Source of the DNA: Camelus dromedarius
Lineage: Eukaryota
Assembly (NCBI RefSeq): GCF_036321535.1
Contig: NC_087436.1
Coordinates: forward strand, 17,360,001-17,424,000
Direction of reading: 5' to 3'
DNA: 64,000 nt
In this document: positions 25,768 to 39,389 of the stretch, one piece after another
Numbering within the stretch: the first letter of the stretch is position 1
Layout: each line of letters opens with the position of its first letter
Notes under the pieces: model-generated
What the model saw: only the letters and a program-made list of their open reading frames with translations
Database searches by the model: none
Told to the model about the DNA's origin: nothing
Made by a program: the position numbers and the translations under genes

Positions 25768-26480
25768 TCTGGAGATTCCTCAAAAAACTAAAAATAGACT
25801 TACCACATGATCCAGCAACCCCACTCCTGGGCATATATCCAGAGGGAACTCTAATTCAAAAAGCTATATGCACGCAGTGTTCATAGTAGCACTATTTATA
25901 AGAACCAAGACAAGGAAACAACCTAAATGTCCATCGACAGATGACTGGATAAAGAAGTTGTGGTATATTTATACAATGGAATACTACTCAGTCATAAAAA
26001 GAATAAAATAATGCCATTTGCAGCACAATGGATGGACCTGGAGATCAACATTCTAAGTGAGGTAAGCCAGAAAGAGAAAGAAAAATACCATATGACATCA
26101 CTCATATGCAGAATCTAAAAAAAAAAAAAAAGAAAAAAGAAAAGAAAAAAAGAGGACACTAATGATCTCACAGACAGTAAACAATCTTATGGTTGCTGGG
26201 GGAAAGAGGGTGGGAAGGGAGAAACTGGGAGTTTGAGGCTTGCAAATGTTAACCACTATATATAAAAACAGATAAAAAACAAATTTCTTCTGTATAGCAC
26301 AGGGAACTATATTCAGTATCTTGTAATAACCTTTAATGAAAAAGAATATGAAAATGAATATATACATGTATATACATGACTGGGACATTATGTTGTACAC
26401 CAGAAATGGATACACTGTAACTGACTATATACTTCAATAATAGATAGATAGATAGATAGATAGTCATACACAAAAAAAGA
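25768..26480 (+). mobile_element. Young L1 3' end with a (TAGA)n tail at 26441-26463
   Basis: ggagattcctcaaaaaactaaaaatagac...aacctaaatgtccatcgacagatgactggataaagaag...tgtatagcacagggaactatattca. Confidence 0.93.
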
Positions 26481-26489
26481 AATTTCTTT

Positions 26490-29430
26490 CCCAGTCTCTG
26501 CATTCACACACACTGTCACACTGTCATTTCCATAGCTTCTAAGTTTTGCTATGACCAGCCTCTCTTTAACTAATTCTTCTCCAAATTTGTCTCGTTTTTG
26601 CTTTTGCCTTTTGCTTTTCTATTTTAACTTCAGAAACAACTTATCTACCTCCATGAACCACCCTGGTGAGATTTTTATTGAAAAATTTTGATTCCTTTGC
26701 ATAGAACTTATATCATCACAATATTGAGTTTATACTTAACTTAACACCATATTTTTCTCCATTACTTACTGTCTTCTTTCATGTCAGTAATTTTTTTTTG
26801 TAATTTCTTCATAAATTCTTACAGATTTTGTTGTACTTATTCTGACATACCTTTTATATTTTATAACTAAAAACATGAGATTTTTTTTCTATAATATAAT
26901 AAAACAATCTACAGGGTTAGGGTTATCATTGTATGTTTAGGTACATTTGGTTCATATCAAGAAACATTAGCATTCACGTTAGTTCTGAAAGTTTGTATAT
27001 TGCCCAATTAAATGATAATTATATCACCTAATGAAGGATGCTTTATCTCTTCTTTTTCAATTCTTCTGGTTTTCCTTTGTCTTTTCCTTTTGTAACAAGT
27101 AGGGCCTCAGGACAATACTGAACAGAAATGTTAAGTGCAGGAATTACCATTTGCTCTTTGCTTTAATGGGAATGCTGCTAAAATCTTAACATTAAATGTG
27201 ATGTTTACTGCAAATTTCTGAAAGACATATTTTAACATCAAATCCTATTTTGCCAGGAATTTAAGTTAAGAAACGTATGAAGCTTCTCTGCACTCTTACT
27301 TTGTAAAACATTTTTAACATGATTTGTTAAATTTTATCAACTTATTTTTTCTGCATCCTTTAAGATTATATGTGTTACATGAATAGATCCCTCTGATGTA
27401 CTAACTTCATTTCAGAGAATACTTTGGCATAATGTTTTTTTAATATACTCTTGAATTTGTCAATTTTTGGTATTTTTTCAATTATGTTTAAAACAACTAT
27501 GTTGTTAATTGACAATGGTTTGTATGTTTTTTCTTGTGCTGTCTCTATCCAGTACTATAGTGTCCATATCAAGGATATATTAGCTTTGTAAAATATATCG
27601 AGTAGCTTATCCTGTTTCATAATTCTCTGAAGATGTTTATTAAAGTTGAGAACTACTGTTATATAAAAGTCTGATAAAGCTCATACAGAAAACAGTGCAA
27701 ATGGTGACTATAGACGCAGTATGTTTTTACTCCTTAATTTTTAGTTACTATTGGTTTATTCATTATTTCTGTTCTTCTTGAGTTAGAGTTGGTAATAATT
27801 CATACTAACAAAAATAACAAACATTACCATGTATCAAGCACTTAATATTTGCCTGGTGGTATTCCATGCACGTTTCAAACATTATTTCAGCCTTTATACC
27901 AATGTACTGCAAAGCACTATGATTAGTCACATTTTCCAGATGGAAAAATTGAGAGTTTAATTAATTTGCTCAAAACCCACTGTAAGTGGTAAGCTGGGAT
28001 TCAGACCCAGGCAGTATGACTCAGATGCTGCACTCTTAATCATTATGCTAGGCTATTTCTAAAAAAAAGACCTTTTTTCCCCAGAAAATTTCTCATTTCT
28101 TCCAAGTTTTCAGTGAAGTTGAAATAAAGTTGTCCAGGGTATTTTCTTAGGATTTTTTAAGGCTCACGGCTTTTGCACTTGTAGCCTCCTTTCCAGTCCT
28201 AATATTGTTTATTTTTACTTATTTATTTTAAGTCAGATCTGCTTCAAGTTTGTCTGTTTAGTCATCTTTTCAAGCAACCAGTTCTGGATTTTTCTGACTC
28301 TTGCCATTATTTCTTTGTTTTCCACTTATTGAAATCTGCTTTTATTTTATTAATTCTTTCCTTTGACTTCTTTTGGTTTATTCTGATCTTATCTTTGTAG
28401 CTTCATAAATTGAAAGTTTAACTTTTTTTTTAAAATAAATACACTTAAAGCTGTATATTAATCTCTAAATATGGCGTGAACTGCACCCCTACAATTTTAA
28501 TATGTTGTAGTATTATAGTCAAAATATTTCCTAATTTTCATAGTATTTCCTTCTATAACCCATGAGTAGGTGTTTAAATTACTAAATATATGTGGATTGA
28601 GGGAGATATGTTTTACTGATATTTTCTAGTGATTGGAGAATGTGATCCATATAATATCCATTCTTGGAATTGCGTTGCGACTGGTATTTTTACCTAATAC
28701 ATAGTAAATTTTTATAAATGCTCCATTTGTACTTGAAAAAATATATACATCCCCTGCTCCTGTAAGTCATTTTAAATATATTTGTTATATCAATCCTATC
28801 CTTGTACATTCTTGTTCAAGTTTTTTTGTTTTGTTTTGTTTTATCTTTTTTTGTAGACATGTGTTTTCATTTTCTTTGGGTAAATACCTAAGAGTGGAAT
28901 TCCTGGGTCATGCATAATATGTGTTTAGCTTTAGAAGGAACCGTCACACTGTGTTTCCAATGAGCTGTACCATTTTTCATTCTTACCAGCAATGTATGAG
29001 ATTTTCAGTTGTTCCACATCCTCATCAACACTTCATATGGTCCTTCTTTTTTAATTTTAATCAGCTGTAGTTCACTGAAGTTTTATTCTCCTTGTCTTGA
29101 CAAATGATGTTGAACATCTATTCATTTGCTTATTGGGCACTTGTATATCTTCTTTGGAATAATATATGTTAAAGTCTTTTGCCCTTTTGAAAATTGGGTT
29201 GTCTATATCAGATTGAAAGGGTTCTTTATATATTCAGAATAGATGTACTTTCTCCTAGTCTGATTTTCTTAATGGTTTCTTCTGATAGTAAAGATTTTTC
29301 ATTTGTATGTGGTATAATTTACAAATGTTGATAAACCTACCCATAGGTTGCAAAGTGTTCTCTAATATTTTCCTCTAGAAATTTGATAGTTTTAACTTTT
29401 ATATGTCTATCTGAGTGAATTTTGAGGTGA
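26490..29430 (-). mobile_element. Old L1M fragments (ORF2, plus a separate 3' segment at ~28850-29430)
   Basis: T-rich reverse ORF2 motifs (ttaatgggaatgct, taccagcaatgtatgaga, gggtaaatacctaagagtggaatt). Contains a MIR-like piece at ~27815-28050. Confidence 0.75.
27815..28050 (-). mobile_element. MIR SINE
   Basis: cattttccagatggaaaaattgag...taatttgctcaaa...gctgggattcagacccaggcagt. Confidence 0.8.
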
Positions 29431-29611
29431 GGCAGTTACAGTAAGAAACCACCCCTCCAACAATCTCTCCACAACCTGTAGCATGGACAATCAAATTATC
29501 TTAAACGTTATCTCATAGGCAAAACCCTTGCAGAAAAAATAACTTGCTACACAAACCTATGGCTAGAAAAATCAAAACTAATAAGATACTAATGCAATTG
29601 CTGTCACTGTT

Positions 29612-30128
29612 GCATTTTCTTTTTTTCCCCATTTTTATTAAGTATAGTTGATTTACAATGTTGTAGCAGTTTCCGGTGTACAGCATAGTGATACAGTTAT
29701 TTATATTTATATATATATACATGCACACACACACATTTTTTATATTCTTTTTAATTACAAGTTACTACAAGCCACTGAATATAGTTCCCTGTGCTATGTA
29801 TTATATATATTTTATATATAGTAATTAGTATTGGCAAATCCCACACCCCCAATTTATCCCTCCACCCCTCCCTTTTCTCCCTGGTAACGATATGTTTGTT
29901 TTCTATGTCTGTGAGTCTGTCTCTGTTTTACAAATAAGTTCATTTACAATGTCCCTTTTTTTTTAGATTCCACATTTAAGTGAAATCATATGGTATTTTT
30001 CTTTCTCTTTCTCACTTTCTTCACTTAGTATGATGATCTTCAGGTCCACCCATGTTGCTACAAATGGCATCATTTCATTATTTTTTATGACTGAGTAGTA
30101 GTATTCCTTTATACATATATATATAGGA

Positions 30129-30175
<47 letters not shown>

Positions 30176-31100
30176 AATCTATCTATCTATCTCACATCTT
30201 CTTTATCCAGTCATCTGTCGCTAGACATTTAGGTTGCTTCTATGTCTTGGCTATTGTAAATAGTGCTGCTATGAACACTGGGGTGAATGTATTTTTTTTA
30301 ATAGAGTTTCCTCCATATATATGCCCAGGAGTGGGACTGCTGGATCATATAGTTGCTCTATTTTTAGTTTTTTAAGGAATCTCCATACTGTTTTCCATAC
30401 TGGCTGCACCAACGTACATTCCCACCAATAGTGTAGGAGGGTTCCCTTTTTTCTACACCCTCTCCAGCATTTATCATTTGTTGACTTTTTAATGATGGCC
30501 ATTCTGAATGGTGTGAGGTGATATCTCATTGTAGTTTTGATTTGCATTTCTCCAATAATTAGTGATATTGAGCATTTTTTCATGTGCCTCTTGGCTGTCT
30601 GGATGTCTTCATTGGAGGAATGTCTCTTTAGGTCTTATGCCCATTTTTTGATCGGATTGTTTGTTTTTTGTTATTGAATTGTATGAGCTGTTTGTATATT
30701 CTGGAAGTTAAGCCCTTGTCAGTTGCATCATTTGCAAATATTTTCTCCCAGTCTATACGTAGGTTGTATTTTTACTTTGTTTATGGTTTCCTTTGCTGTG
30801 AAAAAGCTTTTAAGTTTGATTAGGTCCCACTTGTTTATTTTTGCTTTTATTTCTATTGCCTTGGTAGACTGACCTAGGAAAACATTGCTACAGTTTATGT
30901 CAGAGAATGTTTTGCCTATGTTCTCTTCTAGGAGTTTTATGGTGTTATGTCTTATATTTAAGTCTTTTAGCCATTTTGAGTTTATTTTTGTGTATGGTGT
31001 GAGGGAATGTTGTGACTTCACTGATTTACATGATGCTGTCCAGCTTTCCCAACACCACTTGCCAAAGAGACTGTCTTTTCTCCATTGTATATTTGTGCCT
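29612..31100 (-). mobile_element. 5'-truncated young L1 (ORF2 C-terminus + 3' UTR)
   Basis: ORFs 30728..31129 ([16 protein letters not shown]...[13 protein letters not shown]) and 30269..30583 ([14 protein letters not shown]...KCWRGC) are L1 ORF2 C-terminal sequence. Poly-T at the left end. Confidence 0.96.
30129..30192. repeat. (ATCT)n tetranucleotide microsatellite, ~16 units with one interruption
   Basis: Direct reading. Confidence 0.97.
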
Positions 31101-31104
31101 CTGA

Positions 31105-31400
31105 ATATCACACCAAGTCTTCCTATCACTCAAGGCCTGGTTCAATAGCTACCTCTGCCATGAATTTTGCTTTGATCAACAGATTCAAGGGATCATACCA
31201 TCCTCTGAACTCCAAACATACTTCATCCCTATGTTTCAGGCACTTATTCTTTTCCACATTATATTTGCTTTGATATTTGTCCTATCTTCTCTACAGAAGA
31301 AAAACTCCTTGTGGACAGAACTCTTGTATTATTTGTTGTATACCCCTGAGGCCCTGGCAGGGGATACATTTTTTCAATTTTTGGGGGATGTATGGATGTA
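31105..31400 (+). mobile_element. L2 3' fragment
   Basis: tcaaggcctggttcaatagctacctctgccatgaa...aaactccttgtggacagaactcttgt. Possibly continues an L2-like piece at ~29450-29600. Confidence 0.55.
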
Positions 31401-31694
31401 ATGGCAACTCATATTCTGTGGATGACTACAGCTGGTATTTTCTAGAGGGAAAACAAATCTGCATTTCATTCTAGATTTCACCATTCAACTAATTTACATT
31501 TTTAAATAAGATAAGAATTTCCTTTATTAACCACAGAGATAACATCTAAGTGTTTAAAGATGTTCATAGGGAATATTTAGAAATGAGAAGAAAATGGTCA
31601 TATGGCCATGGGAAACAGGAGTCAGCCTTTAAAGTGTAGCTTTTAGCTCCCCCTACACACATGCCCTTGGAAATCATGATGTTCAACTGCCTCC

Positions 31695-31935
31695 AGTTAA
31701 TGAACATTTACCATAATCCAAGCACTGTTCTAAGTATTCCATGCATATTATCTTTCCTTTAATCTTCACAATATTATGAGGTAAATAGAATCTTAATTCC
31801 CAGTTTATTCCCAAGAAAACTGATGCTTAAAGGGATGAAATAATAAATGCAAAGTCACACAGCCAGTTAGTGGTAGAATCTGGATTTGAACGCAGGCCAT
31901 CTAACCCCAGAGTCTAGGCACTTAAACATTATCCA
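31695..31935 (-). mobile_element. MIR SINE
   Basis: ccaagcactgttctaagt...ttaatcttcacaa...aaagtcacacagccagttagtggtagaatctggatttgaac. Confidence 0.88.
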
Positions 31936-33519
31936 AGAGGACCTCCTTTCATTGTCACGAAGCTACCCAGCAATCACGTGTACCAAAATTAAGCCTACTG
32001 GGCAATCATTCCTTTCTTTTTAGCTTTGTCAAATAGGGTTTTAAATTTTTGGTACATATATTTGGTCTTGTAGAAACAGTTTCTTCTTGATAAAAATTAA
32101 ATTGAGTCATGGAGGAACGCTTCAGTTATGTTATCAGATTTTCTACCAAAAAAAATTTTTTAACAGAAAAAACTTTTGCAAAATAAATCTCGTAATACAC
32201 TTCTTTTCTGTGTTCAATTTTAAACATTACTCCCTCCCTGAAACAATCCTGCCACTTTCATGACATAAATTTCCCTTAAAGTTAGCCTTATCATGGCCTC
32301 CCCAGAGCTAAAGACTATTTGTCTTTGTGACTGTCAGACATAAGGTATAACTCAGAATCCAGAAGGCGAGGAAGTTGCCATCTCAAACTGTGAGTTGAAG
32401 TGGGCCGTCAAATTTGTGTTACTAGAAAAACTCGTTACTGTCTTATTCCTCAGACCTGGGAATCCAAAGGAGAGGGATAAGACATACCATTTCAAATCAG
32501 ATACCCCAAGTTGGATGGAAAGCTTTTTTTTCTTAATGAAAAAAAAAGAAAAAGAAAAAGGATTTCATGTTTTACATTATTTATTGTTAAGGACATTTGA
32601 ATAATTGGGGAAATGGTACACATCTATTATCTAATGACAGGTCAATTAGAATATATCACAAGGAAAGACCAATCGAAGGAGAATGCAATTGCCTGTGAGG
32701 GGCGCCTACTCTTGTAAAGAGTTCTGGTGCTCTGGTATGTCCCAGTGCATGCATACACCTGCGCAATAAATAAATGGGTTCCCTGTATCACTGATTTTGG
32801 TATTACATGACTTGTTGTGAATATCATCAGATTGCAATGCCTGACCTTACGAAGAAAGATGCTGAACTGTGAAAATAACATGCTTGCCACTACATCTAAT
32901 GGAGGCTATGAGAACTGTTTAAAAGCATTTCACAAGACTAAACAGGCTACCCAAGTCTCAGTAGATTCATCCTCAGATCTCAGATGGGCTTTTCACCATA
33001 AACCTGGTGGAATAGCTTGCACAGAAGCCTGAAATGTCACATCAGGGACAATTTAGTCACAATAGACGGCTGGAATCATATAAATTCAGGGATCCCAGTT
33101 TATATATGAGTAAGCAGTGGAAGAGTTGAGTGTTTGCCTATATCATCATGAAAAGAACATGGCCAGTCTATGAGATTATTGCATTTGGTTTCTAACTTGG
33201 GGCTGGGTTAGCAATTTAGAAATTGTATATAGATGACAACTTCTTGGTAGTTAATTGGCTAATATTCTTTCTGGAGACTTTTCAAAAGGAATGTCCCCAG
33301 AGAACATGTGATTTTCCATCTTTTTTTCCTATTAAGCTAAATAGTTATTAACCTGAGTTCTTTGATTATTGGCTCCACCATTCATCCCAGATCATCAACT
33401 ATAGTTGGGGTCAAGCTGCCCAGACTAACATCATCACAATGAACAGTATCAGGAGAAAGGGAAAAAAAGAAGATATAGGTTTAAAAGTCCAAATTCTTGA
33501 GAATTTTACATAAATTTAC

Positions 33520-33720
33520 TCTTTTTAAGTCATAAAGGTAGTATATGCTTATTGCAGACAAACTGGAAACCACTAAAAATGTTTGAAAGAAAATAAAAAT
33601 CACCCATAACTCTGCCATAAATCACCCATAACTTAGAATAGATGCTGTTTATATTTTAGTGTATTTTCTTCTGCTTATTTGAGTATTTTTACCTGGTCAA
33701 AATCATACAGCATTGCCCTG
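33520..33720 (-). mobile_element. Old L1ME 3' end fragment containing a local duplication (aaatcacccataact x2); related piece at ~34400-34570
   Basis: gtatatgcttattgcagacaaactggaaac...aaaaatcacccataac is typical of reverse L1ME3/4 ends. Confidence 0.6.
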
Positions 33721-36700
33721 CAAAATAGAGTAAAAGTGCATTTCCTCTGAGGGAAAATGGTTTTGAGATTAAAAAACAGGTCTGAAGCACTTCTGTGTGG
33801 TGCTCAGAGAAAGGAGTTGAGGCTGAGGGAGGAGGGGGAGGGGAGGGACGACAGGAGGCTGGGGTGGCAGGACTCAGAGAAACCAGGAAATGGCAAGGAG
33901 GCTCCTTTGGAAGGAGAGACCAGCGCCATCAACAGGATGACAGTCTAGAGCCCAAGGAGAGAGCCAGCCAGGGAAGGACTCTCCGGGAATGCCAACTAGC
34001 TTTAACACCACAAAGTGACCCTGAGCCATTTTTAAGTTCTTTCCTACCCTGTGCTGTCTTTTCCATCATTCCCAAACATTCAGTTATCTCAGGGGTGCTG
34101 GGGAGAATGATGGAAATGGCACAAAGTGGACCAGTGAGACTTGAGTGACAAAGAAAGGCAGAGAGGAGACACCACAGGGATGCAGTAAAGGCCTGGAACA
34201 GTAGTTTGGAGAAGTCGTAACAGAAAACCAAGGTCAGATAAGTCTCTCCTGGCCCCTCCCACCTCCTACTCTTAGACATTTTAGAAACCCATTGGATTTT
34301 CTGAAGTTAATAATGGATGGCTTATTTACTTGGATATTAAAAGCAAAAAATAATCCCAGATAGTTGGAGGACCTGGGGGGCCTCAGGTTACATAAAAATC
34401 AATAAATTGATCTATTTATTCTATATCTGGTACTTTTCCCTTACATTATATTCTAAGAAGAGAAATGGTTAGCTCAAGGGATACGGTTTAAAGATTGCTA
34501 CAGCATATAGCCAAGCTGTTTTCAAAATGCTTGCACCAATTTATAATCCTACCATCACTGGGCAATAATGCCTAAAGACACTGACTACTGTAACTGAAAT
34601 CTTCCAGATATTTCCATTCTGTTTTCTAAGGCTGACAAGATGCTCATCAGACATTAATGAAACGTAATTATCTCTTAATCAAGGGCCTCAATGTTGCACA
34701 AAGAATGAAACACCCAGATCATACAATTAATGCTGAGGAGGGAAAAAAATTCTTTCTTTAGCCGCAATGGATCAGTTATGTTTTTGGACTTGCACATCTC
34801 ATACCTTTTCAATTTACCTTAGACGTGAGTAAAGAGACTATAAATCATGATTCTTTCTCATTGCAGTCCATTGTGGCTACACTCTTCTCTCCCAGGCTCT
34901 ATATCCAGGGGAAAAACCTGACAGCTGAACATTCTTCAGAAGTCACATTATTAAAAGAGGCAAATAAAACACTTTAGAAGCCACAGATTTACCCTTTAGA
35001 AAATAACAGATAGGCTAATCTAGGCTAGCTATTTGTTCTCCATGGGCAAAACCATCAGTGATATTCTGCTAATTGCTGTATGAACACGTCCATGGCAGAA
35101 AAAGAAAAGGTAGCAGGACCCTGGAGCTTCCACAACAGAGTAATATTTGTCTCAGCTTTTTAAGCAAACTGTTCTTTTCATCAGGCCTGAATCGACATAT
35201 TCTAGAGCCTACAATTTTCCCTGGTAGTTCAAGAGATTATGAATGTCTCTTTGATCAGCCTGGTAACAAGATAATGTTTGCTGCCCCGACCAGGATGAGA
35301 TTTTACTAACACTGTATTGAGAAGCTTCTGTTTCTCTCAGATGCTCTTACTTAGAACAGCTTTCAGAGGAAAAAAACCAAAAAAGTTTTTTAGTTGTTGT
35401 TTTTTTGTTTTGTTTTATTTTTGGTTTTTTTTAGTGCAATGCCTAAATAGAAGGGAAAAAAATAACAAGAAAACAACATTCTTTTTTTGGAAACAAATAT
35501 TTTTTTTTGTCACAATCAGTATGGTAATACAAGATAATGTAGACAGTTTTGTTTTAGCGAGAACAATTGTCAAAAGTTTAGCAACGTTGAACATTCATAA
35601 ATCATTTCAGTTCCCTGAGGCTTTTATAAGTTTTGATTGTTCAAAGATAAGAAGGATCTGGCTCAACTCTAGAGACATTTGGTGTTTTGTATTTTGTTTT
35701 GTGTCTAAATGATAGATGTGTGAACATGGGTGGTTACTACAAGTCTCTAATCATGCATTTGGACACATGAATGGGATTTAACAAATTGTCTCTCATGGGA
35801 TGGGCAAATTCCCATGATGCCAATCCAGCCAATTCAGTAATGAAGTTTCCCAGGATTCCAGCTCACAGCTGCCTCTGACCCACCTCTGCATGTACAGAAA
35901 TTCAGGTTACCCCATGGAAGAGGAGTCACCTTGGTTTGCTCTCTGAGCCCCTTTTGGGTCTGTAATTTGGCAACCCAGGAAGAGACCCAAATAATTTTGT
36001 GTATATACGGGCTTTTCTTTATTAACATGTATCTTCCTTCCAGTCACCACTTCCAGCCACCCTTCAACCTCTTAGTTTATTTAATATTCATCCTCTCAGA
36101 TGTCATTTGCACAAGCACAGCCTGCTTTCCTCATTTAAAAACAAATTGTTTTTATTAATCTGTTTAAAGTCAGAAATTAGAAGGATCTCCAGGTTATTCA
36201 GTCTTATAAACTATCAGGTTCCCTTTGCTTTTGCAGTGTGAATCAGGGAACAGAGCCCAAAGTTTGTCTACATAGAAATATTTTCTGCTTCTAGTTTCTA
36301 ATTACTCGTTTCCTACAAAACTCAGCAGAGTGGCTGACACTCTCATGTAATTTAACTTTCCAGCCCACCAGCGCTGACTGTTCAGACTTTCTTATGCCAC
36401 TACATCCACCCTCCCATCACCTTATCTAAATCAAGCTTTATGATACATTTCTGAAAAAGATAGGGATGAGACTCAAGTTTCCAAAGCCAGGAAAGTCGTG
36501 CACAGGAGAGCAAAAGAGAGTGGAATTATAACCTTTGGGGCATGTTTGCTTTGTTTTGTGTTGTTTAGTTTTTTAAGAATACCTCAAACAGAACATATCT
36601 TATTCTCTCATTTGCCTATTGTCTGTTCTAAAGAATCCAGTGCTCTACCTCTGGTGCATGGCTGTTCTTGGTGAAAGCTACCATCAAGATACTCAAACTG

Positions 36701-39150
36701 ATCAGAATGAATACAGCTGTTAAGATAAGTCCTTTAAGTTCCTTAGACAGTCTTGCTTTGGAAGGAAGGAAGGATGGGCTCAAGGGCTAAAGGAATATGC
36801 TCTGACCTACAAAGCAGGGCTGTCCAGATAAGACAGTTTCAGTTTTAGAAATGTGTGGTACATGTGCCAGTACAGTGAAGACATTTGGTTCCAATTTCCT
36901 CAAATCACGCATCATTCTGTCTCAGTCTCAGATGATCTTCAACATCGTACTAAAGGTGCCAAGGAAATAATACAAGAGCTGGGGGGTGGGGAACACCACC
37001 AGCCAATATGCAGAAGCCTATGAGTCAATGAAGCCTGTTTGATTAGGTCTCTAATGAGTTCTCCTCCAGGCACTGGCATATCCATCTGGGAGTCTGGGAC
37101 TTGACACAGTGGTTTACAAGCATGGCCAGCTCCCTCTCCTCTTCTGGATCCAAATTGAAAGAAAAAAAAAAAAAATGGGAGAAATCCTGGATTGAAAAGC
37201 CAAATACATAGGACAAAATGACAGGCTCTGCCATTTTCAGATGGTACATCCAATCAGTATCACAGGAATGGTACCTAAATACAGATGGAGATTTTGGGCA
37301 GTCCATAGAGAAAGACCTCTGAGAACAATTCATTTGGAGTTGGGAGAAGCTTTATTAGACAGATCACACTGATTGGAGAAACTGCACATAAAGATAACCA
37401 GAGCCAAAATAAAAATGGATGTTGAATTTGCTTCTTCTGGCTAAGGGAGCCCTTGAAAAATTTCAGAAGGGTCAGATGTTAGTCTCCTGATGCACACCAA
37501 GAGACGCTAAGTGTGAATAGCTCCTCGCCTCTCCCATACAAGTGTGAGATGCACACAAACACACCCACACACATGCGTTCAAGCACATTGTTTTTATTTT
37601 TACATTTCTCTATCGCCAGTGGTGAGAAACTGTACTTTTAGTAAATTTCTCTGTTCAATCAACACCCAGAACTGTCCAAAGAGATGGAAGGTGAGGTGTT
37701 TTGTGGTTGTTGCCTTATGCATATTTACAGTAACAAGAGCCGGACCATTTTACGTTCCTTCTGAGAGGCAGGAATTGCAGCTGGGCGCTGGTTCATGTTT
37801 ATTATGTCTTCCAGTGTTTCTGTTTCAGTGCTGCCTGAAACCAGCAGCCCAGAGGCTCCTGAAAGCCAAAAGCTAGCTTTTAGCCTGTAATTCATTTTCA
37901 TTTCCTTTCATTTTACTTAAATGTGCTTAAACTGTTAACTAGAATAAACTATTAGTTGTAATCTGAGGACCTTTGACTCAGGGTTCTCCAGTTTATTTTT
38001 CCCCACCACCAGGGAGGAAGATAGAAATACTAAAACCAAAAGTATTGTTACAGTAGCTCTCACAGGCTTGCGTGGGTTTCCACGTGTTTGCTTAAGGAAG
38101 AGACCATAAGCAGAAAATCTCAACATGTGAACTAAATTAGATTGTATCTCTTCCACTGACCTGACACCAGATCTAACTGGCCAGAGTGAAGAAATAATAT
38201 GGGCTGGCACCAGGAAGTGGATTCATCGTTCATCCTTGGGGGAAAAAAAAAAAACACCTAAGGAGCATAATAATTTTACATTTGAACTTCCCAAATATCA
38301 TAAACCACCAAGTTTAGTTTTTAAAATAATAAAATAAAAGCAGAAGACACAAAATAGAGCCCAAATAATCCTTTCTACAGAATTACAGGTCTTTTCTTTT
38401 CTGTCACTTCAAGAAATCGGATTCACTCAGTCTTTACTGCTGCTCAGTGCTTTTGAAATTCAACTGTATTTCTTAGAAAGATGAATAAGAATCATAACAA
38501 TGCAGAGTTAAAAAGAAACCTAAAGGTCAGCTAGTCCTTTCCTCTCCAGCTGGTCAGCACTGGAGTTTGCACTAGACTTTAAGTCCCCAGACTCCCAGTC
38601 AAGTTCTTTCACCAGGATGCCTTTCTCTAAATGACTTGTATTTGTTTGTTTGCATTGTTTTGCTTTAAATAGCTGTGCCCCTTCTTCGTCTCTTGGCTTT
38701 ACCTCCTGTTACTGAATATCATGACTCTTTACCTAGATGGAATTGGCAATGGATGTGTTTAAGTCTTCATACAGTCATGCCAGAAACATCTTCAGAGTTG
38801 ATTTTCTTTCTTGAGTCATGCTTTGGAGCCTTTGGTTTTCTCACCTCTCTTTGGAGTGGATAACATATACACTTGAGTGCTTCTGTCATCAAGGTTCCCT
38901 GCCCACTTGCCTCTCAGGGCATGGAGTTCCACATCATACATCGATGGTCATCATTGACAAGGGTCCATCTGACAAGCTTATTCAACATGGATGTCCTCAA
39001 GAATGCCAGTAGCTAGCAAGGTTATATTAAAAGAATACTTTTCAACTATTCAAAATGCCCCATAGTTCAGTTGGTTCCTATTATACTTAAAGGAATTAAA
39101 ATATATTTAAGAGCTTAGATTTTCAGAGTGTACAATCTAAGAAATGAAAT

Positions 39151-39389
39151 GTATTTTTTAAATTTTTTTTTTGAAGTGTAGTTGATTTACAATGTCAGTT
39201 TCAGGTGTACAGCAAAGCGATTCAGTTATACCTATATGTACCTATCTATGTTTTCTTTTCAGATTCTTTTCTATTATATGTTATTATAAGCTATTGAATA
39301 CAGTTCCCTGTGCTATACAGTAGGTCCTTGTTGTTTGTCTATTTTATATATAATATTATGTATCTGTTAATCCCAAACTTCTCATTTAC
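39151..39389 (-). mobile_element. Young L1 3' end with 19-bp TSD
   Basis: ttgaagtgtagttgatttacaatg...gttccctgtgctatacagtaggtccttgttg. TSD acaatctaagaaatgaaat (39132-39150) / acaatctgagaaatgaaat (39390-39408). Confidence 0.93.

Noticed and set aside
30269..31129. 133-aa and 104-aa ORFs as a gene
   Set aside because: Fragments of L1 ORF2 in a 5'-truncated, frameshifted copy.
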